From a virus, in IMG/VR virus record IMGVR_UViG_3300036766_000686, positions 1 to 64,000 of that record: 64,000 nt of DNA; one strand, 5' to 3'. This document shows, piece after piece, positions 18,113 through 28,823 of this stretch. Position numbers and translations under genes: made by a program. Below the pieces are notes generated by a model. That model saw nothing but the letters and a program-made list of their open reading frames with translations. It did no database searches and was not told the origin of the DNA. The first letter of the stretch is position 1. Each line of letters starts with the position of its first letter.

Positions 18113-19735
18113 TATACCCGCTCCAAAGCCTCGGGGTGGATCATCACAAAGGAGGGGACGACGCCGTCAATAACCACCTTCGCGTACCCGTGCGGAACAG
18201 TGTAACAAAGGAATGTTCCGTACAAACCAAGCACTGCCTTTTCTACAGCACCAATGGGCTTGACCACGCGCACCTTATCCCCGCGCTCAAACTTCTTCTC
18301 CCCCCTCTCCCCGCCTGTGCTACACGAGGGACGCGCTCGGTCGAGCATGGAGATTACGTTGTCCTCAACCTTATTGCTCACTTGCCCTCCAAAGTATTAC
18401 GCAAGAGCCATGCTATTTGAATGAACACCACCGCTACCCACAGGAGAGGTTCGTTGCTGGATCGCTTTTCCTCCATAAACCATTCTCTGAAAACAGCTAT
18501 CGTAGATATCAAACACGAGATAGCAAAAGTAACATATACCGCTATTTCAAGCATGCTGTCCCCCCTCTTTCGATGCCACGTCAATCGAAGCCATCGCCCA
18601 CCATTCACGCGCAACGCCTTTGGTGAGTGATGAAAGTGTCTTGACTTGAGCTTGGGTTGCCGAGGTCATCACCACTTGGGGCTTATCGTCCGGATACCAC
18701 ATCACACCATAACCTTCGGCCTGCAATGCCACCGCGATTTTCGCCGCTCGCCCTTTTTCGTGAAATAGCAACGCCGTTCCCATCTCTACCTCCATCTCCG
18801 CCGCCACCTCCAGAATCAGTGCTCGCCAGTGTTTTCGCCAACAAGCGCTTTTGCTTTCGCGGCCCAATCGAGCGCACGGTCAATCCACTCCACCCCCCGA
18901 ACGTTCGCGGGGTTCTCCAGCAACTCCCTTATGAGGTTCTTCAGCTCCTTGTTTTCCTGCCGCATGGCGCAGATGGCGGGGTCGGGTCGGCATACATCGT
19001 GTAAATACTGTTCTATTGCATCGCTTGAATAACCAAGTAACACCCCAATGACCATGTGCTCCTCCTCGCCGCCATATTGCCGCGCTCGGTCGAGCATCTC
19101 GAATACCCACTGGTGTTTTGCCACTTGTATTTCAACGCCCGCATCGTCGCCGACCGCTCGCACCAGCACCCCATGATGCAAAGCCATTTTCGCAGCTTCT
19201 ATCTGCATGTGCTCACGCCAGAAATCCGCGTCAACCTCGCTCGGCAAAGCGAGATACCTAACGCCACGGGCTACGCAGTAGCACGCATCGTCCAGCCAAA
19301 AGGCCCATGAATCTTGATATGTCATCTCCCTACCTCCTCAGCTTCTTCTTCTTTCCAAATCTCTTCGATCTGCTCGCAGATTTCAGCGCGAACGGTTGGA
19401 TTTACTTCCCCTAGCTTGGACCACGAAAAATAACCGCCGCTGATAGCATCGTCCAGATATCCCGAAAATCGTTCCCACACTTCGCCATATACCCAACCAT
19501 CGCAAAAGAACACGTCGCGCACCGATACACAATCAGGGCAAGTTATATGTCGATCAAATCTTCCATCGTACTTACCTACATTCACTTCGTACTTTTCGCC
19601 AGCGTGAATAGTGCCTTTACATTCTCCGCACTTATGTTCTTTACACGCGATGCGTGTAATAGATAAATGAAATTCTGGCGGATCGTAATCGCCTGAATAT
19701 ACGCAAGCACAGTCCATTCTACTTCCTCGCTTCAT
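18112..19735 (-). other. Small hypothetical genes (18112-18381, 18378-18554, 18547-18867, 18816-19325, 19322-19735 zinc finger)
   Basis: Coupled minus-strand ORFs. 19322-19735 has HKCGEC...TCPDC. Confidence 0.55.
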
Positions 19736-20342
19736 CGTTCATGTTGTCGCAGCAGTCCAAATCATCGCACCGATGACACTTTTGTATGTGGGTCTCGCGG
19801 CATATTTGAGATACAGGCTTATCTCCACCATTTGCGGGATCGGCAACCCAATCACGCTTGCTTACTGTATCCCATGTTGACCATATACAATCGTGAAGGG
19901 AATACCCATTGTCGGCGCAGTAGGCTGCAAGAAAAATCACAATGTCCCCGATCGCGTCAAACGCCTGAGCACGAAGATCAAAAGGGTTACCCCTAATGCC
20001 TTGTTCCAATTTCAAGTGGGCGTGGCAAAGTTCCCCAACCTCTTCTGAAACTCCTAGCAGCGACATATACAGTTTTCGCGCTGGAAAGTTTTTATCGTTC
20101 CACGCTTCGACTTCGTTTTGCAAATCGGTTAACGTTTTCATCTCCTTGCTACTATCGGCTCGGCTTTCCCCGGCAACGATCTTTAGATACTCGGCGTATC
20201 TTTGTTCGAGCGCTTGCCGTTCATCCTCGGTACAATGATCCGTCGGATCACACCTCATTCCCCGGTCCTTTGTCGGCGGCCCAAACTCAGGATACGCGAT
20301 AGCGCACCTTCCATGTTCTGTTCTATGCGGACAATCTGTCAT
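19719..20342 (-). CDS. MazG-like nucleotide pyrophosphohydrolase with Cys-rich extensions
   Basis: LLGVSEEVGEL...DAIGDIVIFL (ExxE...D motif) and TWDTVSKRDW. Confidence 0.8.
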   Translation of the reverse strand: MTDCPHRTEHGRCAIAYPEFGPPTKDRGMRCDPTDHCTEDERQALEQRYAEYLKIVAGESRADSSKEMKTLTDLQNEVEAWNDKNFPARKLYMSLLGVSEEVGELCHAHLKLEQGIRGNPFDLRAQAFDAIGDIVIFLAAYCADNGYSLHDCIWSTWDTVSKRDWVADPANGGDKPVSQICRETHIQKCHRCDDLDCCDNMNDEARK

Positions 20343-22290
20343 CTCCCTACCTCCTTGTGTTCCGCTTCCATAATATCGCAGAGTTTATTCCATCTATCTC
20401 GACACGCCCTAAGCCCTTGCAAAGCCTGTTCCGTTGTGAAGTATAAATGCAACGAATCGCTAGACCGTTTCGCGCTCCAATGCGAACTTTTCGGATCACT
20501 ATACCAATAGATGAAATTGTCGCCGTCGTACGCCATCACTTGACGAATGATAGGCACGCTCAGGTCAAGCCACAGCAGCCAAGCATCACCACTATTCTCC
20601 GAATCGATCGGAGCCTTTTCAATAGGGACGAACTCTTGGCCGCAATCCGAACAGTGCCACGAGTCCTTGCTTGTTCCCGCCTTGTGATACCAACCGCACT
20701 TGTGATCGCAACCCGTTGTCATATTACCCTCGCAAGTTCACCGCGCTTCTTGGAAAGCCGATTGTACTTTACTCGCTGTATCTTCGGGGATTTCGATTTA
20801 CGCAACGGCGGCCACTCGATAATGAGCTTCCTGTCCCGAGCCTTCGCCTTCAACGTATCGGGCAAAGGCTTTTTGAAAATAGCGCACCGGCGCAGGTCGC
20901 GCCGATCCCTCGCGCTTGCGTTGCGCCACCAGCGTTTAAGGAGCTTATACAATCCCGCCTGCATCTCAGGATATTTGCGATTGACCGTTAACGGGATTGT
21001 GCTTCCAGAGTATAGCCTCAATACATGAGCGGTTGATGGACTCATTGTTCCTCCCTTTATACTTCCAGACGTTGCCTAATGTTGTTTACGCCCTCACCCA
21101 ATGCGTTGATCTTACTTTCGATGGAAATAAGTTCGGCAGCGATAGGGACCGTTTGTACGTCTTGTTTGCTTGGTGATTCAGGACCGGTAGGGTCGGGCAT
21201 TCGAAGTACTGGAGACAACCTTTCAACAAGGGCGGCAAGTTCATCCGTCAACGCAACGATTGATTCCTGAACCCTCGAAATCGCTGCCTGAACTTGCGGG
21301 CGCGCTGCCTGTACCTCGTTCGGTGTATTTCGTGCAACTTGTCCTAACATTATTTTTTCCTCCTTGGACGTTCGATACGAAACTGTTTTAATATAACTGC
21401 GCTTTCGGTCAGGCTTATTTGCTACTCTTCTTGGCCGGTTTACGTTTCGGTCTCTTTTCTCTCTGGTCACGAGCGGGATCGTTGTAGCGTTCGCAACGAG
21501 GAGCATCCGAGCACTCCGCGCAATAGTCGGGGAACTGCGAGCAACGCTCCCCCGTAACCGTACCCGCTTCCTCGTTGTTCGCTTTGTCGTTTTCCTGCGC
21601 CTCCTTCGTCTCCTCAAGCGGCAATTTCTCTTGAAGGTCGGACAAAGCCATCGTCTCGGACTGTACGACCTCTCCTGTGTCGAGCCTTATCAAGTGCCAC
21701 TGTTTATGTTTATCATCCCGCTTCCACTCGCACCTGATCGGCCTTCTCTCTTGCCCAGTCTTGACTACCTCGCTCAACTCGCGCCTGCGCGTGGTAAGTC
21801 CTTTCATGGTTTCCTTGTGGGTCTCTTTGTCGTTGTTGAACGTGTCCTCCTCGTCTCGTATCTCCCCGTCAATCATCGCCAACGATCGGGCACGCTCAGC
21901 GAACTCCGAATCCGTCAAAGGGGTCAATAGGTTCTGGTTTGTAATTCCTTCTTGTCTCATTTCTCATCCTCCTTGTTTATTGAGTTTATCTTCCCAATGC
22001 TTTATTTGGAAATCAAGTTCGCGTTCCGTCAACTGTCCAGCTTGTCGATATACCGTTCCCTTTACCATATCTTCGACACGGCAAGGAATAGTTGTCGAAA
22101 CGACAACTTCCAACATTGCGAATTTGCGTTCAAGCGGGACCTTGCGTCCTACTTGAATCGTGACCTCTGCGTTCGCGCCCGTGAACTCCTCGGAGTGGTG
22201 AACAACCTCGCCGTCGCGTTGTTCCATCACGCCTTCCGCGTTCGTATGCGCAACGTTAGCCCGTGTTACCGCCCGCCTTACTGTTCCCAT
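20339..22290 (-). other. Hypothetical genes (20339-20722, 20719-21045, 21057-21350, 21415-21960, 21964-22290)
   Basis: Coupled minus-strand ORFs with RBSs. No function recognised. Confidence 0.55.
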
Positions 22291-22867
22291 CGTTAGCCTC
22301 CTTCTTCTTTATTCGGTTTACTCTCAGTATTCTATAAAAGGTATTGAGTGTTTGCCCGCACTCCACCTTTTCCATGAGCTTGCCTGGGGCGTCCATCGTA
22401 CCCCCGAAATGTCGAGCGAGTCCGCGACACGGATCGGGTAACTCCCCCGCTGCCCACGCGTCAACACGCTCCAGCACCTTGACCCACCTCTGTCGAAACG
22501 GCTCCCACGGGATCTTGCTCGGCCAGTCCAGCGGGCGTTCCCCAGTCTCGTTTAACTGTCGTACCCAACGAAGGCGAGGACTGAGCTTCGAAGGATTAGC
22601 GGAGAGCTCGAGCCCCGAGCAATACGCCCGCACCACAGTGGAAAAAGCAACGGCGGGAAATCGCTCGTGTATATCGTTCCAACGTCGTAACAGGACGTAG
22701 GAAATAGCCAAGTGATCTGTGTCCGCATCCCAATCTGCCTCAGCAACCCACGCCTGCCCCAAGGCGATGCGAGCCTGAGGCGTCCATTGCTCAGGGGGCA
22801 ACAACGCGTGAGCGCTTGCCGCAGAGGCGACCAGCAACGTGAGGGCGACAACGAGCGTCCTCAGCAT
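22256..22867 (-). CDS. Secreted SleB/Hydrolase_2-like cell-wall hydrolase
   Basis: Signal peptide MLRTLVVALTLLVASAASAHA, ALGQAWVAEA (catalytic Glu-like), AISYVLLRR, DPCRGLARHFG and NTFY. Confidence 0.55.
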   Translation of the reverse strand: MLRTLVVALTLLVASAASAHALLPPEQWTPQARIALGQAWVAEADWDADTDHLAISYVLLRRWNDIHERFPAVAFSTVVRAYCSGLELSANPSKLSPRLRWVRQLNETGERPLDWPSKIPWEPFRQRWVKVLERVDAWAAGELPDPCRGLARHFGGTMDAPGKLMEKVECGQTLNTFYRILRVNRIKKKEANDGNSKAGGNTG

Positions 22868-22872
22868 TTCTA

Positions 22873-23283
22873 TTACCCGCCCCACCCATCGGGCGGCGGC
22901 AATAGCGAATAACTCAGATCGGCAACCGCAGCCTTCTCCGGTTGATATACTTCCTCTATTACACGCAATACCTCTCCGTTTTCGAAGTCGGTACAAGAAT
23001 AAACGTCCACTACTGCGAACCCGCGGTGGGGCCAAGTGTGAATTGCGCAATGGCTCGTGGACAGCACCACTATTCCCGTCACCCCCTCGGGTTCGTCTTG
23101 ATCGGGTTGCACTCCGACCCTCAGCAGTTCCTCCTTTATGTCGTAGACGTGAGGCTCCCCGAGGGTGCGCATTTTTATTGAGGCAACAAGTTTTTTCAAA
23201 AACTTCCCTGCCAACGGCGCGTCTTTCAGCAGTTCGAACGCCGCTCCGTGAATCTGAATTTTTAAGTGCTTGCCATGTCCCAT
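22873..23283 (-). CDS. speD: S-adenosylmethionine decarboxylase proenzyme
   Basis: GKHL at the N-terminus and GVTGIVVLSTSHCAIHTWP...VDVYSC. Confidence 0.88.
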   Translation of the reverse strand: MGHGKHLKIQIHGAAFELLKDAPLAGKFLKKLVASIKMRTLGEPHVYDIKEELLRVGVQPDQDEPEGVTGIVVLSTSHCAIHTWPHRGFAVVDVYSCTDFENGEVLRVIEEVYQPEKAAVADLSYSLLPPPDGWGG

Positions 23284-23388
23284 CGTTACTAACCTCCTCT
23301 GTCAAAGTGCCCCCGCTCTCCTCGATGTTTCCGAGTGGCAAAACTCGGGGAGGCAAAGGAGAGCGGAGACGAAATAAACCGTACCACA

Positions 23389-24141
23389 TCACATAACTCC
23401 TTCCAACAAAGTGTCAACGCTTTGCCCCGTCTCGTAAGGAATGAAGGCAGGCGCCCACGACTTCCAAGTCCTAAACAGAGGGTGCTGGAGCACGAAGGGG
23501 TGCACCAACTGCGCCACGTTCCCAATCTTGCGCAACACCTCCGCTTGTCGAAACTCTGAAAGTTCCTCGACAACCCGCTCCAGTTCATCGACCGATTCTT
23601 TGCTGCCTCTGCGACCCAAAACGATATGGCTGTTTCCTTTGTCGAAAACAGCATCAGGAATGCCGAGCCCGAACACGCGTCCTATTGGGATCCGCCCTCG
23701 TCCTGAGCATTGTCGGCAGTGCTTTACTTGTTCTATTCTGTGAGAGGTTTTCCAAAACTTGTTTTTGACCTGTCTCTTAACGCGAATATAACGGGTGTAT
23801 TCCCACTCCTCGCCATCGACGAACGCTTCCCCCCCCGTACCTCTCTCGACTTGCCCAAGCCCCTTGCAAACTGGGCAATGCTCATCCTCGTATCGTGAGC
23901 ACTTGGGGCACGGAACGAACTTAGAACACGCTAGGCACTCCGTGTATTGCCCCTTCCATCCCGCGAGCCACAACACAGGGCGAGGGCGAGCAAGGAACGC
24001 TCGTACAACGTAACGTGATGAACTGCGCTCCATGCCCGCTTCCACTGCCACTTCGAACCCCGTATCGTCCTCAGCATCCGAGAACGCCCCGCGATCCCAT
24101 GCGAGGTACGAGCGTCGCCCTTTTATGATCCGATACGTCAA
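23389..24141 (-). CDS. Protein with DnaJ-type CxxCxGxG zinc-finger repeats
   Basis: CPVCKGLG and CRQCSGRG. Confidence 0.6.
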   Translation of the reverse strand: MTYRIIKGRRSYLAWDRGAFSDAEDDTGFEVAVEAGMERSSSRYVVRAFLARPRPVLWLAGWKGQYTECLACSKFVPCPKCSRYEDEHCPVCKGLGQVERGTGGEAFVDGEEWEYTRYIRVKRQVKNKFWKTSHRIEQVKHCRQCSGRGRIPIGRVFGLGIPDAVFDKGNSHIVLGRRGSKESVDELERVVEELSEFRQAEVLRKIGNVAQLVHPFVLQHPLFRTWKSWAPAFIPYETGQSVDTLLEGVM

Positions 24142-24368
24142 GCCATCACCTGAATCCCTGTTACCATGCTCAACTCGACACCATCAACCTCTCCTTCATC
24201 GTAAAAGAGGGAGTGAGGAATCGAGACCACAACCGGCCCGTTTATTTTCGGCCACCACAACGAAACCTTCCGCGTCCCAATGCGTGCAACGCGTTCGGTC
24301 CTCACGCTACCTTCCGCCGTCTCTATTCGGCATACCTTACCAATCAGTTTGTTTAGTTCATCCATGAC

Positions 24369-25052
24369 CTATTCCTCCTCTTTACTTTCGCTATTCTTCT
24401 TAACCCAGTCCCGAGCTAATACGTTAACTGGATTTCGTTTCGTTGTCCTGTTGAATATCTGGATTTCCTTGGGGTGGAGTTCGCTTAACTTCAACGTTCC
24501 TTCCCTCAACTTCAACTCGGTCAGCACCATCATTGCCAAGATGAACGCATCACACAAGTCCTCAGTGGTACGAGCGTCTTGCCCCACCGTGTACCGTTCC
24601 CACTGTTTTGTAGCGGGCCAACGGCGCATAACATCGGGGACAATATCGGACGCGGTGCCGTCGTGAGCGGCAAACATCTTGACGGATGGGGGATCGATAA
24701 ATCGAATACAAGCCCCGCTCTCCCAAACCGCATGACGAAACGCCCCACCCACTTCCCCAATCTGGTGCGCGAACTGGGGAGCGCGAAACGCATAGTCCTC
24801 GATGCCAACGAACCACGCCGCCGTCCTCCTTACTATCACGGGGGACAACTTATTCCAGAAGGACAATCTAAGCGCTCCGCGTTCGTTCATGTCCTTTACC
24901 CGTGTTCCCCCGAAATAAATCCCCACCTTGCTCAACGCCGCAACCTTCGCTTTATCCGTAACGAAATACTCCATGATAATTTCGCCAAGTTCATCCAACA
25001 AGACAAACCCCGCATGATTCAACGACACGTCCGCGCCCATGATGTATCTCAT
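24369..25052 (-). CDS. RuvC-like Holliday junction resolvase
   Basis: IMGADVSLNHAGFV, VGIEDY, IGEVGG, PPSVKMFA, and EDLCDAFILA. Confidence 0.8.
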   Translation of the reverse strand: MRYIMGADVSLNHAGFVLLDELGEIIMEYFVTDKAKVAALSKVGIYFGGTRVKDMNERGALRLSFWNKLSPVIVRRTAAWFVGIEDYAFRAPQFAHQIGEVGGAFRHAVWESGACIRFIDPPSVKMFAAHDGTASDIVPDVMRRWPATKQWERYTVGQDARTTEDLCDAFILAMMVLTELKLREGTLKLSELHPKEIQIFNRTTKRNPVNVLARDWVKKNSESKEEE

Positions 25053-25280
25053 CCTACTTCCCTCTCGCTCGTTGTTTGCTCTTTGTTTGAATCAACACCT
25101 TTTGAGCAGCTTCCTCGAACGTGAACCTACGGTCTTGATCGGAGTGGGTCCAATACCCGCTTCCCACTTCATACCACCCCAATAGTTCCAACGATTTTCT
25201 CGCCGCTATGCGAGTTTTGAAACTCACAACCTTGGGAGTGGGAACCGTCTTGTTCGCCGCAATATTTTTTTTGCTCACGC

Positions 25281-27194
25281 TCACCTTACTTCCTTCACGA
25301 TCGATGCCCCGCCTTGTTTCACCACGTGGAGATTTCTTTCGAACTGTTCCGTCAATTCGGGCTCGTGTGTTACAACGAATATGCTCCCGCGTCTTTCCCT
25401 CAACTCCTTGAGCAACAAGAATACCCGCGCTTTCCCTTCGCTGTCCAGCCCGTCCAGCACCTCGTCAAGAATTATCAAGTCTACAGTACCTTCGCGCTTT
25501 GATACCAAGTCCATCAAAGCGAGGTCCACTGCGATCTCCATCTTGCGCCGCTGCCCGTTACTGGGACGAACGTCGGGGACGCCTTCAATGACCCACGAAA
25601 TTGTAAGCTCGTCCTTAAGTTCGCCCTTCTTACTTTTTAACTCGCGTTGCGTGGAAATGCTCAGGGAGATATCCCCATCGGATAGCGTCCTCAAGTAGTG
25701 GTTCGCCCTGCTGGTGAGGAACGGCATCGTTGAGTCCAGCACTAATGAAGGCAATCCTTGAACGCCAAACCCCTTAACCCAAAAGTCCACAAGCGCTTTT
25801 TCCCCGCTTAGTTTTTCCAAGTCCCTTTTTACTTCGTCTATCTCGCGTAAAATCTCCGCACGGCGAAGCTCGACAGATTCCAACAAAGTCTGAAACCTAT
25901 TGGGCTCTACCATCAACTTCTTAACCTCAGCAAGTTTTCCCCTTGCTATCGCGCGATGGAACTCCTTATCTCCCTCGACCTCCTCCAACAAATTCGTCAA
26001 GGTCAAAGAGGTCTGTTGGACAGTCTGCTCGAATACCAACGCCTCGCGGTCGTGCTCTTTGGAACGTTGCTCAACTTCGTTACCCCAGATTTTCAACTCC
26101 TGATCCAACTGTGTGCGCTTCGCCTCAAGCGTTGCCTTGTTGGTCTTTTCCGATTCTAACGAGGACTGCAAGGTTTTCCTATGCTGTGCAGGCACGCCAG
26201 AGTTTAGAGGCGCGGTACACACGGGACAACGATCGCCGCGCAGTCTCCCCAGTTCTCCCTGTAGGTAGTTGATGCGTTGTTGTAACGCTTGATAGTTGCC
26301 CTCCAGTTCCACTCGGACGGCTCGTTTCTCTCGTAACGTTGCCAAGTCGTTGACAACTTGCGATTCCTTAGACTTCAAAACCTTCAACGACTTTTCCGCG
26401 TCCTGTTGTTGTTTGCGTAACTGATTGGAACGAACTTCATAGGCTGTGCCAATCTTCTTTACCGTCTCGGCACATGAGGAAATATCTTTGGTCAGTACCG
26501 ATACTCGTTCCTCTCTTTCCTGTTCAAACTCTGCGGACTCACTCTTGAGGCGTTCAACATCTACCCCGAGCATATTCGCCTCAAGTACCTTCGCGCGATT
26601 CGACAGTTCCTCACGTTGCGTTCCCATATCGTGGGCGCGTTCGCGGGCGATCTTTTCGGCGGCGCGATAAATGTCCGTCCTCAATATCCTGTGTAAAGTC
26701 TCCTTCCTCGCAATATCGGTACTGGAAAAGAAACGGTTGAGGTCGCCTTGCCCATAGAGGACGGTGTTGCAAAACCCCCGAAAGTCGAGCCCGACAAGTT
26801 CGACGATCTTCGCCTGTAACTCCTTCGCGTCCCCGCGCCATTCTTCCCACAGTCTCTTAGCGTCTTGACGGTGATGCAATTTCAGATCGGGCTTGCCCTT
26901 GCTACGCGACCTCACCACTTCCCACTCGCCTGATTGAGCACTCAAAAGGACAAAGACCTCTGTTACTTTCTCGCCCCACCTGATCACCTCGTCGTGTTTA
27001 TCGCCGTCGAGTGTGTCGCCGTACAGTCCCCACGTAAGCGCTTTAGGAACGCTCGATTTTCCCGCTCCATTATTTGTCGCAGCCTTCGTGTCTCGATTCT
27101 CTCCAGATATTAACACCATGCCTTGATGGCGCAGGTTGACGTCCAACAACTTGAGGCAGCAAAAGTCCTTTGCTTGTATTCGTTCTATGCTCAT
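25281..27194 (-). CDS. sbcC: SbcC/Rad50-like ATPase (gp46-like)
   Basis: Walker A NGAGKSS, Q-loop YGQG, coiled coil with CPVC hook, signature SNGQ, Walker B ILDEVLDGLD, and VTH. Confidence 0.92.
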   Translation of the reverse strand: MSIERIQAKDFCCLKLLDVNLRHQGMVLISGENRDTKAATNNGAGKSSVPKALTWGLYGDTLDGDKHDEVIRWGEKVTEVFVLLSAQSGEWEVVRSRSKGKPDLKLHHRQDAKRLWEEWRGDAKELQAKIVELVGLDFRGFCNTVLYGQGDLNRFFSSTDIARKETLHRILRTDIYRAAEKIARERAHDMGTQREELSNRAKVLEANMLGVDVERLKSESAEFEQEREERVSVLTKDISSCAETVKKIGTAYEVRSNQLRKQQQDAEKSLKVLKSKESQVVNDLATLREKRAVRVELEGNYQALQQRINYLQGELGRLRGDRCPVCTAPLNSGVPAQHRKTLQSSLESEKTNKATLEAKRTQLDQELKIWGNEVEQRSKEHDREALVFEQTVQQTSLTLTNLLEEVEGDKEFHRAIARGKLAEVKKLMVEPNRFQTLLESVELRRAEILREIDEVKRDLEKLSGEKALVDFWVKGFGVQGLPSLVLDSTMPFLTSRANHYLRTLSDGDISLSISTQRELKSKKGELKDELTISWVIEGVPDVRPSNGQRRKMEIAVDLALMDLVSKREGTVDLIILDEVLDGLDSEGKARVFLLLKELRERRGSIFVVTHEPELTEQFERNLHVVKQGGASIVKEVR

Positions 27195-27683
27195 TATCCC
27201 TCCTTGATTTTCGTTATTGTGGGATACTGTTTGAACACGTCAATAGTGAACTCGGCACCTTCGTTAGTGTTCCTGATGAAACGCCACAGCTCCTCGACCA
27301 GATCGAAAGCATCTTGACGATTAAGGGAAAGGGTTCCTATGTACTCCCACCCTTCGGATTCTAACCTCGTCACAAACCCCGAGCGACGGACGTCCTCTTT
27401 GTCGCCAGCGATCGCTTTGAGTTCCACTAGACTAACGGGTGTTGTTGTTGCGCTCATTCCTTAACCTCAGGCAATCCGAAACATCGAATGTTATTCCTCA
27501 CGCATATTCTGAGTACATCCTCCAAAGACATTGCCCTTAATTCTTCGATAGGAATAGATCGACCTCCGCGAAGGATAATGCACGCCTTCAAAACCTCAAG
27601 CTCACGCCTTAATTGATTAATCATGGAATCGTCTTTGTCGTTCGTGTTTTCGTTTGTTGCTTCTTCTTTCCGTCCTTTATCGT

Positions 27684-28823
27684 TCATTTTCTTGCCTCCT
27701 CTAGTAGTCCAAGTCCTACTTCTCTTAACTTTACTTTGTCTAGCTCCTCGACGATTGAAGCGTCCAAATACTTTCCCAACGCCTCCTCGTGTTGTGATGG
27801 CTCTTGAATCTCCAGCCGTTGCTCGTGTTGAAACACAGGAACGTGGCGGGTAAACACGTTGACCCCGCGTTCCTTCAACGCATCGACCTCGCGTTGTAAG
27901 TTCGCAAGCGTCACCTTCGCCTCGGCATGGGTCGCAGGGTAATCAATGCGAACATAGTCTCCTTCTCCCACTACCAGTTGCGATTGAAAGCCCCCGCGCT
28001 CCCATACCGCAGAAAAGAATCGAGGGGCGACAATGGCAACGCGTTTATGCTCGATACTCGTTCCAGTGAACGTATAAACCGATACCGCTGTTCCGTTGTT
28101 ACATTCGCCAAAGTCGAGTTGCATTGGAGCGCCAACGTATTCGAAAGTCCGAACCCCCGATACTTCACTATAATTCCTGCGTTGATAAGTATGGAAATGC
28201 CCGCTCAGCACCAGGTCGAAACCTTCGATCAATTCCGAAAGTTCCATCCCTTCATCGCACTCCCACGCCCCATCTCGCATCCCCTTGACGCTTGCGTGAG
28301 TTAATAGAACGTTGCGCGCCGTGACAAAGGAGTTAGATTTTTTGATACCGTCAAGCTCGGCACGCATTTCCGAGAGCGGTGCCCACGATAGCGCATGGAA
28401 AGCAACGCCGTCCGCTTTAGAAAACGTGTATCCCTCTCCGCTCTCCATGACGGTTACGGAAGCGCCGTTGACGTGAGGAGCGATCGCGGAGAATACGTCC
28501 ACGAGCGATCGCCCCCCGTACTTAGTGTGGGCATCGTGATTGCCCGGCAACAGGTAGACCTCGTGTTGTGCCGATAGTTCAAGTATGGCGCTAACCCCCG
28601 CGCGTAACGTCACGGCATCAAGGAGACGTTTATCGAATATATCTCCCAAGACCATGATGGCATCGGCATCGAAATCGCGCGCCACTTTCCCGATCTGCTT
28701 TACGACCTCTATCTGGTCCTTGAGTCTGTCCGTAAGCCCTCGTCCGTCGTCAAGCGGGCGAGCGTAGGGTAGAGCGTTCGAAAAATGAAGGTCAGCGGTG
28801 ACAACGAGCGTTAGGTTTTTCAT
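27684..28823 (-). CDS. sbcD: SbcD/Mre11-like metallophosphoesterase nuclease (gp47-like)
   Basis: ADLH, GDIFD, GNHD, LTH, SGHFH, and YVGAPMQLDFGE. Confidence 0.92.
   Translation of the reverse strand: MKNLTLVVTADLHFSNALPYARPLDDGRGLTDRLKDQIEVVKQIGKVARDFDADAIMVLGDIFDKRLLDAVTLRAGVSAILELSAQHEVYLLPGNHDAHTKYGGRSLVDVFSAIAPHVNGASVTVMESGEGYTFSKADGVAFHALSWAPLSEMRAELDGIKKSNSFVTARNVLLTHASVKGMRDGAWECDEGMELSELIEGFDLVLSGHFHTYQRRNYSEVSGVRTFEYVGAPMQLDFGECNNGTAVSVYTFTGTSIEHKRVAIVAPRFFSAVWERGGFQSQLVVGEGDYVRIDYPATHAEAKVTLANLQREVDALKERGVNVFTRHVPVFQHEQRLEIQEPSQHEEALGKYLDASIVEELDKVKLREVGLGLLEEARK

Noticed and set aside
13468-23283. Complete DNA hypermodification pathway (HPRT + MazG + SpeD + MTase)
   Set aside because: The genes are scattered, and no PurZ, Que/Dpd, thymidylate-synthase-like or base-transferase gene is recognisable in the window.
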